A stretch of DNA of 64,000 nt from NCBI GenBank assembly GCA_040954595.2, contig CM082589.2:9808894-9872893 (forward strand). Direction: 5' to 3'. The stretch's first letter is position 1. Each line of letters starts with the position of its first letter. This DNA comes from Balanoglossus misakiensis. Taxonomy: Eukaryota > Animalia > Hemichordata. The position numbers were made by a program, and so were the translations under genes. Positions 28,401 through 43,048 of the stretch are shown here, one piece after another. The notes beneath the pieces were generated by a model. That model made no database searches, was not told the origin of the DNA, and saw only the letters and a list, made by a program, of their open reading frames with translations.

Positions 28401-31400
28401 ACTTTCTAATGCGCATAGGCCTATTACGTGTTCTGCGCCTCACAACAGAATTCCGTAAATAAACGAGGCTGTTTGGAAGCAACCATGGAAATGTTAGAAC
28501 TATCCGTCGATCTACAGAGTCTAGTGGAAAAATGTCTTATGCGCATAGGCCTATCATGTGTTCTGCGCCTCACAACAGAAATCGGTAAATAAACGAGGCA
28601 GTTTGGAAGCAACCATGGAAATTTTACAGCTATCCGTCGATCTACAGAGTCTAGTGGAAAACGTTCTTTTGCGCATAGGCCTATATATGTGTTCTGCGCA
28701 TCACAACAGAATTTTGTAAACAAACGAGGCTGTGTTTGGAAGCAACCATGGACATTTTAGAACTATCTCTCGATCTACAGAGTCTATAGTGGAAAACTTT
28801 CTTATGCACATATGCCTATCTATGTGTTCTGCGCCTAAAAACAGAATTCCGTAAATAAACGAGGCTGTTTGGAAGCAAACATGGCAATTTTACAGCTATC
28901 CGTGGATATACAGAGTCTAGTGGAAAACGTTCTTATGCGCATAGGCCTATATATGTGTTCTGCGCATCACAACAGAAATCGGTAAATAAACGAGGCTGTT
29001 TGGAAGCAACCATGGAAATTTTACAACTATCTCTCGATCTACAGAGTCTATAGTGGAAAACTTTCTTATTCACATATGCCTATCTATGTGTTCTGCGCCT
29101 CAAAACAGAATTCCGCAAATAAACGAGGCTGTTTGGAAGCAAACATGGAAGTTTTAGAACTATCTCTCGATCTACAGTGTATAGTGGAAAACGTTCATAT
29201 GCGCATAGGCCTATCTATGTGTTCTGCGCATCACAACAGAATTTTGTAAACAAACGAGGCTGTGTTTGGTAGCAACCATGGACATTTTAGAACTATCTCT
29301 CGATCTACAGAGTCTATAGTGGAAAACTTTCTTATGCACATAGGCCTATCTATGTGTTCTGCGCCTCACAACAGAATTCGGTAAATAAACGAGGCTGTTT
29401 GGAAGCAACCATGGAAATTTTACAACTATCCGTCGATCTACGGAGTCTGGTGGAAAACTTTCTTATGCGCATAGGCCTATTACGTGTTCTGCGTCTCACA
29501 ACAGAATTCGGTAAATAAACGAGGCTGTTTGGAAGCAACCATGGAAATTTTAGAACTATCTCTCGATCTACAGAGTCTAGTGGAAAACGTTCTTATGCGC
29601 ATAGGCCTATATATGTGTTCTGCGCATCACAACAGAATTCGTAAACAAACGAGGTTGTTTGGAAGCAACCATGGAAATTTTACAACTATCCGTCGATCTA
29701 CAGAGTCTAGTGGAAAAATGTCTTATGCGCATTGGCCTATCATGTGTTCTGCGCCTCACAACAGAAATCAGTAAATAAACGAGGCTGTTTGGAAGCAACC
29801 ATGGAAATTTTACAACTATCCGTCGATCTACAGAGTCTAGTGGAAACGTTCTTATGCGCATAGGCCTATATATGTGTTCTGCGCATCACAACAGAATTTT
29901 GTAAACAAACGAGGCTGTGTTTGGTAGCAACCATGGACATTTTAGAACTATCTCTCGATCTACAGAGTCTATAGTGGAAAACTTTCTTATGCACATATGC
30001 CTATCTATGTGTTCTGCGCCTCACAACAGAATTCGGTAAATAAACGAGGCTGTTTGGAAGCAACCATGGAAATTTTACAACTATCCGTCGATCTACAGAG
30101 TCTAGTGGAAAACGTTATTATGCGCATAGGCCTATATATGTGTTCTACGCATCACAACAGAATTTTGTAAACAAACGAGGCTGTGTTTGGAAGCAACCAT
30201 GGACATTTTAGAACTATCTCTCGATCTACAGAGTCTATAGTGGAAAACTTTCTTATGCACATAGGCCTATCTATGTGTTCTGTGCCTTACAACAGAATTC
30301 GGTAAATAAACGAGGCTGTTTGGAAGCAACCATGGAAATTTTACAACTATCCGTCGATCTACAGAGTCTAGTGGAAAACGTTATTATGCGCATAGGCCTA
30401 TATATGTGTTCTGCGCATCACAACAGAATTTTGTAAACAAACGAGGCTGTGTTTGGAAGCAACCATGGACATTTTAGAACTATCTCTCGATCTACAGAGT
30501 CTATAGTGGAAAACTTTCTTATGCACATATGCCTATCTATGTGTTCTGCGCCTCAAAACAGAATTCCGTAAATAAACTAGGCTGTTTGGAAGCAAACATG
30601 GAAATTTTAGAACTATCTCTCGATCTACAGAGTATAGTGGAAAACGTTCATATGCGCATAGGCCTATCTATGTGTTCTGCGCATCACAACAGAATTTTGT
30701 AAACAAACCAGGCTTTGTTTGGAAGCAACCATGGACATTTTAGAACTATTCGTCGATCTACGGAGTCTAGTGGAAAACTTTCTTATGCGCATAGGCATAT
30801 GTATGTGTTCTACGCATCACAACAGAATTCGGTAAATAAACGAGGCTGTTTGGAAACAACCATGGAAATTTTAGAACTATCCGTTGATCTAAAGTTGAAA
30901 AGTTTTTTATGCGCATAGGCCTATCTATGTGTTCTGCGCCTCACAACAGAAATCGGTAAATAAACGAGGCTGTTTGGAAGCAACCATGGAAATTTTACAA
31001 CTATCTCTCGATCTACAGAGTCTATAGTGGAAAACTTTCTTATTCACATATGCCTATCTATGTGTTCTGCGCCTCAAAACAGAATTCCGCAAATAAACGA
31101 GGCTGTTTGGAAGCAAACATGGAAGTTTTAGAACTATCTCTCGATCTACAGTGTATGGTGGAAAACGTTCATATGCGCATAGGCCTATCTATGTGTTCTG
31201 CGCATCACAACAGAATTTTGTAAACAAACGAGGCTGTGTTTGGTAGCAACCATGGACATTTTAGAACTATCTCTCGATCTACAGAGTCTATAGTGGAAAA
31301 CTTTCTTATGCACATATGCCTATCTATGTGTTCTGCGCCTCACAACAGAATTCGGTAAATAAACGAGGCTGTTTGGAAGCAACCATGGAAATTTTACAAC

Positions 31401-34400
31401 TATCCGTCGATCTACGGAGTCTGGTGGAAAACTTTCTTATGCGCATAGCCCTATATATGTGTTCTGCGCATCACAACAGAATTTTGTAAACAAACGAGGC
31501 TGTGTTTGGTAGCAACCATGGACATTTTAGAACTATCTCTCGATCTACAGAGTCTATAGTGGAAAACTTTCTTATGCACATAGGCCTATCTATGTGTTCT
31601 GCGCCTCACAACAGAATTCGGTAAATAAACGAGGCTGTTTGGAAGCAACCATGGAAATTTTACAACTATCCGTCGATCTACGGAGTCTGGTGGAAAACTT
31701 TCTTATGCGCATAGGCCTATTACGTGTTCTGCGTCTCACAACAGAATTCGGTAAATAAACGAGGCTGTTTGGAAGCAACCATGGAAATTTTAGAACTATC
31801 TCTCGATCTACAGAGTCTAGTGGAAAACGTTCTTATGCGCATAGGCCTATATATGTGTTCTGCGCATCACAACAGAATTCGTAAACAAACGAGGTTGTTT
31901 GGAAGCAACCATGGAAATTTTACAACTATCCGTCGATCTACAGAGTCTAGTGGAAAAATGTCTTATGCGCATTGGCCTATCATGTGTTCTGCGCCTCACA
32001 ACAGAAATCAGTAAATAAACGAGGCTGTTTGGAAGCAACCATGGAAATTTTACAACTATCCGTCGATCTACAGAGTCTAGTGGAAACGTTCTTATGCGCA
32101 TAGGCCTATATATGTGTTCTGCGCATCACAACAGAATTTTGTAAACAAACGAGGCTGTGTTTGGTAGCAACCATGGACATTTTAGAACTATCTCTCGATC
32201 TACAGAGTCTATAGTGGAAAACTTTCTTATGCACATATGCCTATCTATGTGTTCTGCGCCTCACAACAGAATTCGGTAAATAAACGAGGCTGTTTGGAAG
32301 CAACCATGGAAATTTTACAACTATCCGTCGATCTACAGAGTCTAGTGGAAAACGTTATTATGCGCATAGGCCTATATATGTGTTCTGCGCATCACAACAG
32401 AATTTTGTAAACAAACGAGGCTGTGTTTGGAAGCAACCATGGACATTTTAGAACTATCTCTCGATCTACAGAGTCTATATTGGAAAACTTTCTTATGCAC
32501 ATAGGCCTATCTATGTGTTCTGTGCCTTACAACAGAATTCGGTAAATAAACGAGGCTGTTTGGAAGCAACCATGGAAATTTTACAACTATCCGTCGATCT
32601 ACAGAGTCTAGTGGAAAACGTTATTATGCGCATAGGCCTATATATGTGTTCTGCGCATCAAAACAGAATTTTGTAAACAAACGAGGCTGTGTTTGGAAGC
32701 AACCATGGACATTTTAGAACTATCTCTCGATCTACAGAGTCTATAGTGGAAAACTTTCTTATGCACATATGCCTATCTATGTGTTCTGCGCCTCAAAACA
32801 GAATTCCGTAAATAAACGAGGCTGTTTGGAAGCAAACATGGAAATTTTAGAACTATCTCTCGATCTACAGAGTATAGTGGAAAACGTTCATATGCGCATA
32901 GGCCTATCTATGTGTTCTGCGCATCACAACAGAATTTTGTAAACAAACCAGGCTTTGTTTGGAAGCAACCATGGACATTTTAGAACTATTCGTCGATCTA
33001 CGGAGTCTAGTGGAAAACTTTCTTATGCGCATAGGCATATGTATGTGTTCTACGCATCACAACAGAATTCGGTAAATAAACGAGGCTGTTTGGAAACAAC
33101 CATGGAAATTTTAGAACTATCCGTTGATCTAAAGTTGAAAAGTTTTTTATGCGCATAGGCCTATCTATGTGTTCTGCGCCTCACAACAGAAATCGGTAAA
33201 TAAACGAGGCTGTTTGGAAGCAACCATGGAAATTTTACAACTATCTCTCGATCTACAGAGTCTATAGTGGAAAACTTTCTTATTCACATATGCCTATCTA
33301 TGTGTTCTGCGCCTCAAAACAGAATTCCGCAAATAAACGAGGCTGTTTGGAAGCAAACATGGAAGTTTTAGAACTATCTCTCGATCTACAGTGTATGGTG
33401 GAAAACGTTCATATGCGCATAGGCCTATCTATGTGTTCTGCGCATCACAACAGAATTTTGTAAACAAACGAGGCTGTGTTTGGCAGCAACCATGGACATT
33501 TTAGAACTATCTCTCGATCTACAGAGTCTATAGTGGAAAACTTTCTTATGCACATATGCCTATCTATGTGTTCTGCGCCTCACAACAGAATTCGGTAAAT
33601 AAACGAGGCTGTTTGGAAGCAACCATGGAAATTTTACAACTATCCGTCGATCTACGGAGTCTGGTGGAAAACTTTCTTATGCGCATAGCCCTATATATGT
33701 GTTCTGCGCATCACAACAGAATTCGTAAACAAACGAGGTTGTTTGGAAGCAACCATGGAAATTTTACAACTATCCGTCGATCTACAGAGTCTAGTGGAAA
33801 AATGTCTTATGCGCATTGGCCTATCATGTGTTCTGCGCCTCACAACAGAAATCAGTAAATAAACGAGGCTGTTTGGAAGCAACCATGGAAATTTTACAAC
33901 TATCAGTCCATCTACAGAGTCTGGTGGAAAACTTTCTTATGCGCATAGGCCTATAACGTGTTCTGCGCCTAACAACAGAATTCGGTAAATAAACGAGGCT
34001 GTTTGGAAGCAACCATGGAAATTTTACAAAAATCCGTCGATCTATAGAGTCTGGTGGAAAACTTTCTTATGCGCATAGGCCTATAACGTGTTCTGCGCCT
34101 AACAACAGAATTCGGTAAATAAACGAGGCTGTGTTTGGCAGCAACCATGGACATTTTAGAACTATCTCTCGATCTACAGAGTCTATAGTGGAAAACTTTC
34201 TTATGCACATATGCCTATCTATGTGTTCTGCGCCTCACAACAGAATTCGGTAAATAAACGAGGCTGTTTGGAAGCAACCATGGAAATTTTACAACTATCC
34301 GTCGATCTACGGAGTCTGGTGGAAAACTTTCTTATGCGCATAGCCCTATATATGTGTTCTGCGCATCACAACAGAATTCGTAAACAAACGAGGTTGTTTG

Positions 34401-37400
34401 GAAGCAACCATGGAAATTTTACAACTATCCGTCGATCTACAGAGTCTAGTGGAAAAATGTCTTATGCGCATTGGCCTATCATGTGTTCTGCGCCTCACAA
34501 CAGAAATCAGTAAATAAACGAGGCTGTTTGGAAGCAACCATGGAAATTTTACAACTATCAGTCCATCTACAGAGTCTGGTGGAAAACTTTCTTATGCGCA
34601 TAGGCCTATAACGTGTTCTGCGCCTAACAACAGAATTCGGTAAATAAACGAGGCTGTTTGGAAGCAACCATGGAAATTTTACAAAAATCCGTCGATCTAT
34701 AGAGTCTGGTGGAAAACTTTCTTATGCGCATAGGCCTATAACGTGTTCTGCGCCTAACAACAGAATTCGGTAAATAAACGAGGCTGTTTGGAAGCAACCA
34801 TGGAAATTTTACAACTATCCGTCGATCTACAGAGTCTAGTGGAAAACGTTATAATGCGCATAGGCCTATCTATGTGTTATGCGCATCACAACAGAAATCG
34901 GTAAATAAACGAGGCTGTATTTGGAAGCAACCATGAACATTTTACAACTATCCGTCGATCTACAGAGTCTAGTGGAAAACGTTCTTATGCGCATAGGCCT
35001 ATATATGTGTTCTGCGCATCACAACAGAATTCGGTAAACCAACGAGGTTGTTTGGAAGCAACCATGGAAATTTTACAACTATCCGTCGATCTACAGAGTC
35101 TAGTGGAAAAATGTCGTATGCGCATAGGCCTATCATGTGTTCTGCGCCTCAAAACAGAATTCCGTAAATAAACAAGGCTGTTTGCAAGCAAACATGGAAA
35201 TTTTACAGCTATCCGTCGATCTACAGAGTCTAGTGGAAAACGTTCTTTTGCGCATAGGCCTATATATATGTTATGCGCATCACAACAGAAATCGGTAAAT
35301 AAACGAGGCTGTATTTGGAAGCAACCATGGACATTTTACAACTATCCGTCGATCTACAGAGTCCTGTGGAAAACTTTCTAATGCGCATAGGCCTATTACG
35401 TGTTCTGCGCCTCACAACAGAATTCCGTAAATAAACGAGGCTGTTTGGAAGCAACCATGGAAATTTTACAACTATCCGTCGATCTACGGAGTCTGGTGGA
35501 AAACTTTCTTATGCGCATAGGCCTATTACGTGTTCTGCGTCTCACAACAGAATTCGGTAAATAAACGAGGCTGTTTGGAAGCAACCATGGAAATTTTAGA
35601 ACTATCTCTCGATCTACAGAGTCTAGTGGAAAACGTTATAATGCGCATAGGCCTATCTATGTGTTATGCGCATCACAACAGAAATCGGTAAATAAACGAG
35701 GCTGTATTTGGAAGCAACCATGAACATTTTACAACTATCCGTCGATCTACAGAGTCTAGTGGAAAACGTTCTTATGCGCATAGGCCTATATATGTGTTCT
35801 GCGCATCACAACAGAATTCGGTAAACAAACGAGGTTGTTTGGAAGCAACCATGGAAATTTTACAACTATCCGTCGATCTACAGAGTCTAGTGGAAAAATG
35901 TCGTATGCGCATAGGCCTATCATGTGTTCTGCGCCTCAAAACAGAATTCCGTAAATAAACAAGGCTGTTTGCAAGCAAACATGGAAATTTTACAGCTATC
36001 CGTCGATCTACAGAGTCTAGTGGAAAACGTTCTTTTGCGCATAGGCCTATATATATGTTATGCGCATCACAACAGAAATCGGTAAATAAACGAGGCTGTA
36101 TTTGGAAGCAACCATGGACATTTTACAACTATCCGTCGATCTACAGAGTCCTGTGGAAAACTTTCTAATGCGCATAGGCCTATTACGTGTTCTGCGCCTC
36201 ACAACAGAATTCCGTAAATAAACGAGGCTGTTTGGAAGCAACCATGGAAATTTTACAACTATCCGTCGATCTACGGAGTCTGGTGGAAAACTTTCTTATG
36301 CGCATAGGCCTATTACGTGTTCTGCGTCTCACAACAGAATTCGGTAAATAAACGAGGCTGTTTGGAAGCAACCATGGAAATTTTAGAACTATCTCTCGAT
36401 CTACAGAGTCTAGTGGAAAACGTTCTTATGCGCATAGGCCTATATATGTGTTCTGCGCATCACAACAGAATTCGTAAACAAACGAGGTTGTTTGGAAGCA
36501 ACCATGGAAATTTTACAACTATCCGTCGATCTACAGAGTCTAGTGGAAAAATGTCTTATGCGCATTGGCCTATCATGTGTTCTGCGCCTCACAACAGAAA
36601 TCAGTAAATAAACGAGGCTGTTTGGAAGCAACCATGGAAATTTTACAACTATCCGTCGATCTACAGAGTCTAGTGGAAACGTTCTTATGCGCATAGGCCT
36701 ATATATGTGTTCTGCGCATCACAACAGAATTTTGTAAACAAACGAGGCTGTGTTTGGTAGCAACCATGGACATTTTAGAACTATCTCTCGATCTACAGAG
36801 TCTATAGTGGAAAACTTTCTTATGCACATATGCCTATCTATGTGTTCTGCGCCTCACAACAGAATTCGGTAAATAAACGAGGCTGTTTGGAAGCAACCAT
36901 GGAAATTTTACAACTATCCGTCGATCTACAGAGTCTAGTGGAAAAAGTTATTATGCGCATAGGCCTATATATGTGTTCTGCGCATCACAACAGAATTTTG
37001 TAAACAAACGAGGCTGTGTTTGGAAGCAACCATGGACATTTTAGAACTATCTCTCGATCTACAGAGTCTATAGTGGAAAACTTTCTTATGCACATAGGCC
37101 TATCTATGTGTTCTGTGCCTTACAACAGAATTCGGTAAATAAACGAGGCTGTTTGGAAGCAACCATGGAAATTTTACAACTATCCGTCGATCTACAGAGT
37201 CTAGTGGAAAACGTTATTATGCGCATAGGCCTATATATGTGTTATGCGCATCACAACAGAATTTTGTAAACAAACGAGGCTGTGTTTGGAAGCAACCATG
37301 GACATTTTAGAACTATCTCTCGATCTACAGAGTCTATAGTGGAAAACTTTCTTATGCACATATGCCTATCTATGTGTTCTGCGCCTCAAAACAGAATTCC

Positions 37401-40400
37401 GTAAATAAACGAGGCTGTTTGGAAGCAAACATGGAAATTTTAGAACTATCTCTCGATCTACAGAGTATAGTGGAAAACGTTCATATGCGCATAGGCCTAT
37501 CTATGTGTTCTGCGCATCACAACAGAATTTTGTAAACAAACCAGGCTTTGTTTGGAAGCAACCATGGACATTTTAGAACTATTCGTCGATCTACGGAGTC
37601 TAGTGGAAAACTTTCTTATGCGCATAGGCATATGTATGTGTTCTACGCATCACAACAGAATTCGGTAAATAAACGAGGCTGTTTGGAAACAACCATGGAA
37701 ATTTTAGAACTATCCGTTGATCTAAAGTTGAAAAGTTTTTTATGCGCATAGGCCTATCTATGTGTTCTGCGCCTCACAACAGAAATCGGTAAATAAACGA
37801 GGCTGTTTGGAAGCAACCATGGAAATTTTACAACTATCTCTCGATCTACAGAGTCTATAGTGGAAAACTTTCTTATTCACATATGCCTATCTATGTGTTC
37901 TGCGCCTCAAAACAGAATTCCGCAAATAAACGAGGCTGTTTGGAAGCAAACATGGAAGTTTTAGAACTATCTCTCGATCTACAGTGTATGGTGGAAAACG
38001 TTCATATGCGCATAGGCCTATCTATGTGTTCTGCGCATCACAACAGAATTTTGTAAACAAACGAGGCTGTGTTTGGTAGCAACCATGGACATTTTAGAAC
38101 TATCTCTCGATCTACAGAGTCTATAGTGGAAAACTTTCTTATGCACATATGCCTATCTATGTGTTCTGCGCCTCACAACAGAATTCGGTAAATAAACGAG
38201 GCTGTTTGGAAGCAACCATGGAAATTTTACAACTATCCGTCGATCTACGGAGTCTGGTGGAAAACTTTCTTATGCGCATAGCCCTATATATGTGTTCTGC
38301 GCATCACAACAGAATTCGTAAACAAACGAGGTTGTTTGGAAGCAACCATGGAAATTTTACAACTATCCGTCGATCTACAGAGTCTAGTGGAAAAATGTCT
38401 TATGCGCATTGGCCTATCATGTGTTCTGCGCCTCACAACAGAAATCAGTAAATAAACGAGGCTGTTTGGAAGCAACCATGGAAATTTTACAACTATCAGT
38501 CCATCTACAGAGTCTGGTGGAAAACTTTCTTATGCGCATAGGCCTATAACGTGTTCTGCGCCTAACAACAGAATTCGGTAAATAAACGAGGCTGTTTGGA
38601 AGCAACCATGGAAATTTTACAAAAATCCGTCGATCTACAGAGTCTGGTGGAAAACTTTCTTATGCGCATAGGCCTATAACGTGTTCTGCGCCTAACAACA
38701 GAATTCGGTAAATAAACGAGGCTGTTTGGAAGCAACCATGGAAATTTTACAACTATCCGTCGATCTACAGAGTCTAGTGGAAAACGTTATAATGCGCATA
38801 GGCCTATCTATGTGTTATGCGCATCACAACAGAAATCGGTAAATAAACGAGGCTGTATTTGGAAGCAACCATGAACATTTTACAACTATCCGTCGATCTA
38901 CAGAGTCTAGTGGAAAACGTTCTTATGCGCATAGGCCTATATATGTGTTCTGCGCATCACAACAGAATTCGGTAAACAAACGAGGTTGTTTGGAAGCAAC
39001 CATGGAAATTTTACAACTATCCGTCGATCTACAGAGTCTAGTGGAAAAATGTCGTATGCGCATAGGCCTATCATGTGTTCTGCGCCTCAAAACAGAATTC
39101 CGTAAATAAACAAGGCTGTTTGCAAGCAAACATGGAAATTTTACAGCTATCCGTCGATCTACAGAGTCTAGTGGAAAACGTTCTTTTGCGCATAGGCCTA
39201 TATATATGTTATGCGCATCACAACAGAAATCGGTAAATAAACGAGGCTGTATTTGGAAGCAACCATGGACATTTTACAACTATCCGTCGATCTACAGAGT
39301 CCTGTGGAAAACTTTCTAATGCGCATAGGCCTATTACGTGTTCTGCGCCTCACAACAGAATTCCGTAAATAAACGAGGCTGTTTGGAAGCAAACATGGAA
39401 ATTTTACAGCTATCCGTCGATCTACAGAGTCTAGTGGAAAACGTTCTTTTGCGCATAGGCCTATATATGTGTTATGCGCATCACAACAGAAATCGGTAAA
39501 TAAACGAGGCTGTATTTGGAAGCAACCGTGGACATTTTACATCTATCCGTCGATCTACAGAGTCTTGTGGAAAACTTTCTAATGCGCATAGGTCTATTAC
39601 GTGTTCTGCGCCTCACAACAGAATTCGGTAAATAAACGAGGCTGTTTGGAAGCAACCATGGAAATTTTAGAACTATCCGTCGATCTACAGAGTCTAGTGG
39701 AAAAATGTCTTATGCGCATAGGCCTATCATGTGTTCTGCGCCTCACAACAGAAATCGGTAAATAAACGAGGCAGTTTGGAAGCAACCATGGAAATTTTAC
39801 AGCTATCCGTCGATCTACAGAGTCTAGTGGAAAACGTTCTTATGCGCATAGGCCTATATATGTGTTCTGCGCATCACAACAGAATTTTGTAAACAAACGA
39901 GGCTGTGTTTGGAAGCAACCATGGAAATTTTAGAACTATCTCTCGATCTACAGAGTCTATAGTGGAAAACTTTCTTATGCACATATGCCTATCTATGTGT
40001 TCTGCGCCTCAAAACAGAATTCCGTAAATAAACGAGGCTGTTTGGAAGCAAACATGGAAATTTTAGAACTATCTCTCGATCTACAGAGTATAGTGGGAAA
40101 CGTTCATATGCGCATAGGCCTATATATGTGTTCTGCGCATCACAACAGAATTTTGTAAACAAACGAGGCTTTGTTTGGAAGCAACCATGGACATTTTAGA
40201 ACTATCCGTCGATCTACAGAGTCTAGTGGAAAAATTTCTTATGCGCATGGGCCTATCATGTGTTCTGCGCCTCACAACAGAAATCGGTAAATAAACGAGG
40301 CTGTTTGGAAGCAACCATGGAAATTTTAGAACTATCCGTCGACCTTCAGCGTCTAGTGGAAAACTTTTTTATGCGCATAGGCCTATCTATGTGTTCAGAG

Positions 40401-43048
40401 CCTCACAACAGAAATCGGTAAATAAACGAGGCTGTTTGGAAACAACCATGGAAATTTTAGAACTATCCGTCGATCTAAAAGGTCTAGTGGAAAACGTTCT
40501 TATGCGCATAGGCCTATCTATGTGTTCTGCGCATCACAACAGAATTTTGTAAACAAACGAGGCTGTGTTTTGAGGCAACCATGTATATTTTAGAACTATC
40601 TCTCGATCTACAGAGTCTAGTGGAAAACTTTCTTATGCGCATAGTCCTAGCTATGTGTTCTGCGCATTACAACAGAATTTTGTAAACAAACGAGGTTGTG
40701 TTTGGAATCAACCATGGAAATTTTAGAACTATCCGTCGATCTACAGTGAAAAAGTTTCTTATGCGCATAGGCCTATCATGTGTTCTGCGCATCACTGCAG
40801 AATTTTGTAAACAAACGAGGCTGTGTTTGGAAGCAACCATGGAAATTTTAGAACTATCCGTCGATCTATAGAGTCTAGTGGAAAACGTTCTTATGCGCAT
40901 AGGCCTATCTATGTGTTCTGCGCATTACAACAGAATTTGGAAATAAACGAGGCTGTGTTTGGAAGCAACCATGGAAATTTTAGAACTATCCGTCGATCTG
41001 CAGAGTCTAGTAAAAAACTTTCTTATGCGCATAGGCCTATCACGTGTTCTGCGCCTCACAACAGAAATCGGTAAATAAACGAGGCTGTTTGGATGCAACC
41101 ATGGAAATTTTAGAACTATCCGTCGATCTACAGAGTCTAGTGGAAAAGTTTCTTATGCACATAGGCCTATCTATGTGATCTGCGCATCACAGCAGAATTC
41201 GGTAAATAAACAAGGCTGTTTGAAATCAACCATGGACATTTTAGAACTATCCGTCGATCTACAGAGTCTAGTGGAAAACTTTCTTATGCGCATAGGCCTA
41301 GCTATGTGTTCTGCGCATCACAAAAGAATTTTGTAAACAAACGAGGCTGTGTTTGGAAGCAACCATGGAAATTTTAGAACTATCTCTCGATCTACAGAGT
41401 CTATGGAAATTTTAGAACTATCCGTCGATCTACAGTGAAAAATTTCTTATGCGCATAGGCCTATCATGTGTTCTGCGCATCACTGCAGACTTTTGTAAAC
41501 AAACGAGACTGTGTTTGGAAGCAACCTTGGAAATTTTAGAACTATCTCTCGATCTACAGAGTCTAGTGGAAAACTTTCTAATGCGCATAGGCCTATCACG
41601 TGTTCTGCGCCTCACAACATAATTCGGTAAATAAACGAGGCTGTTTGGAAGCAAGTATGGATATTTTAGAACTATCCGTCGATCTACAGAGTCTAGTGGA
41701 AAAATTCTTATGCGCATAGGCCTATCATGTGTTCTGCGCATCACAACAGAATTCATTAAATAAACGAGGCTGTTTGGAAGCAACCATGGACATTTTAGAA
41801 CTATCCGTCGATCTACAGAGTCTAGTGGAAAAATTTCTTATGCGCATAGGCCTATCATGTGTTCTGCGCCTCACAACAGAAATCGGTAAATTAACGAGGC
41901 TGTTTGGAAGCAACCATGGCAATTTTAGAACTATCCGTCGATCTACAGAGTCTAGTGGAAAACTTTCTTATGCGCATAGGCCTATCACGTGTTCTGCGCC
42001 TAACAACAGAATTCGGTAAATAAACGAGGCTGTTTGGAAGCAACTATGGAAATTTTAGAACTACCCGTCGATCTACAGAGTCTAGTGGAAAAATTTCTTA
42101 TGCGCATAGTCCTATCATGTGTTCTGCGCATCACAACAGAATTCGGTAAATAAACGAGGCTGTTTGGAAGCAACCATTGAAATTTTACAACTATCCGTCG
42201 ATCTACAGAGTATAGTGGAAAACTTTCTTATGCGTATAGGCCTATCATGTGTTCAGCGCCTCACAACAGAAATCGGTAAATAAACGAGGCTGTTTAGAAG
42301 CACCCATGTAAATTTTAGAACTATCCATCGATCTACAGAGTCTAGTGGAAAACGTTCTTTTGCGCATAGGCCTATCTATGTGTTCTGCGCATCACAAAAT
42401 AATTTTGTAAACAAACGAGGCTGTTTGGAAGCAACCACGGAAATTTTTGAACTATCTCTCGATCTACACAGTCTAGTGGAAAAATTTCTTATGAGCATGG
42501 GCCTATCATGTGTTCTGCGCCTCACAACAGAAATCGGTAAATAAACGAGGCTGTTTGGAAGCAACCATGGAAATTTTAGAACTATCCGTCGATCTTCAGC
42601 GTCTAGTGGAAAACTTTCTTATGCGCATAGGCCTATCTATGTGTTCAGCGCCTCACAACAGAAATCGGTAAATAAACGAGGCTGTTTGGAAACAACCATG
42701 GAAATTTTAGAACTATCCGTCGATCTAAAAGGTCTAGTGGAAAACGTTCTTATGCGCATAGGCCTATCTATGTGTTCTGCGCATCACAACAGATTTTTGT
42801 AAACAAACGAGGCTGTGTTTTGAGGCAACCATGGATATTTTAGAACTATCTCTCGATCTACAGAGTCTAGTGGAAAACTTTCTTATGCACATAGGCCTAT
42901 CTATGTGTTATGTGCCTCACAACAGAATTCGGTAAACAAACGAGGTTGTTTGGAAGCAACCATGGGCATTTTGGAACTATCCGTCGATCCACAGAGTCTA
43001 GTGGAAAACGTTCTTATGCGCATAGGCCTATCTATGTGTTCTGCGCAT
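1434..43048 (+). repeat. Large tandem satellite array, ~131-bp monomer, ~315-320 copies, head-to-tail with no inversion or insertion seen
   Basis: Consensus is approximately GTTCTTATGCGCATAGGCCTATCTATGTGTTCTGCGCCTCACAACAGAATTCGGTAAATAAACGAGGCTGTTTGGAAGCAACCATGGAAATTTTACAACTATCCGTCGATCTACAGAGTCTAGTGGAAAAC. TGCGCATA anchors fall at 1441, 1573 and 1703 (spacing 132, 130). The last partial monomer ends ctgcgcat at 43048. Confidence 0.99.

Noticed and set aside
1434-43048. CRISPR-like repeat-spacer array or diversity-generating cassette system
   Set aside because: There are no unique spacers; variable positions are 1-3-nt alleles of one monomer. No cas or recombinase genes are present and the context is eukaryotic.
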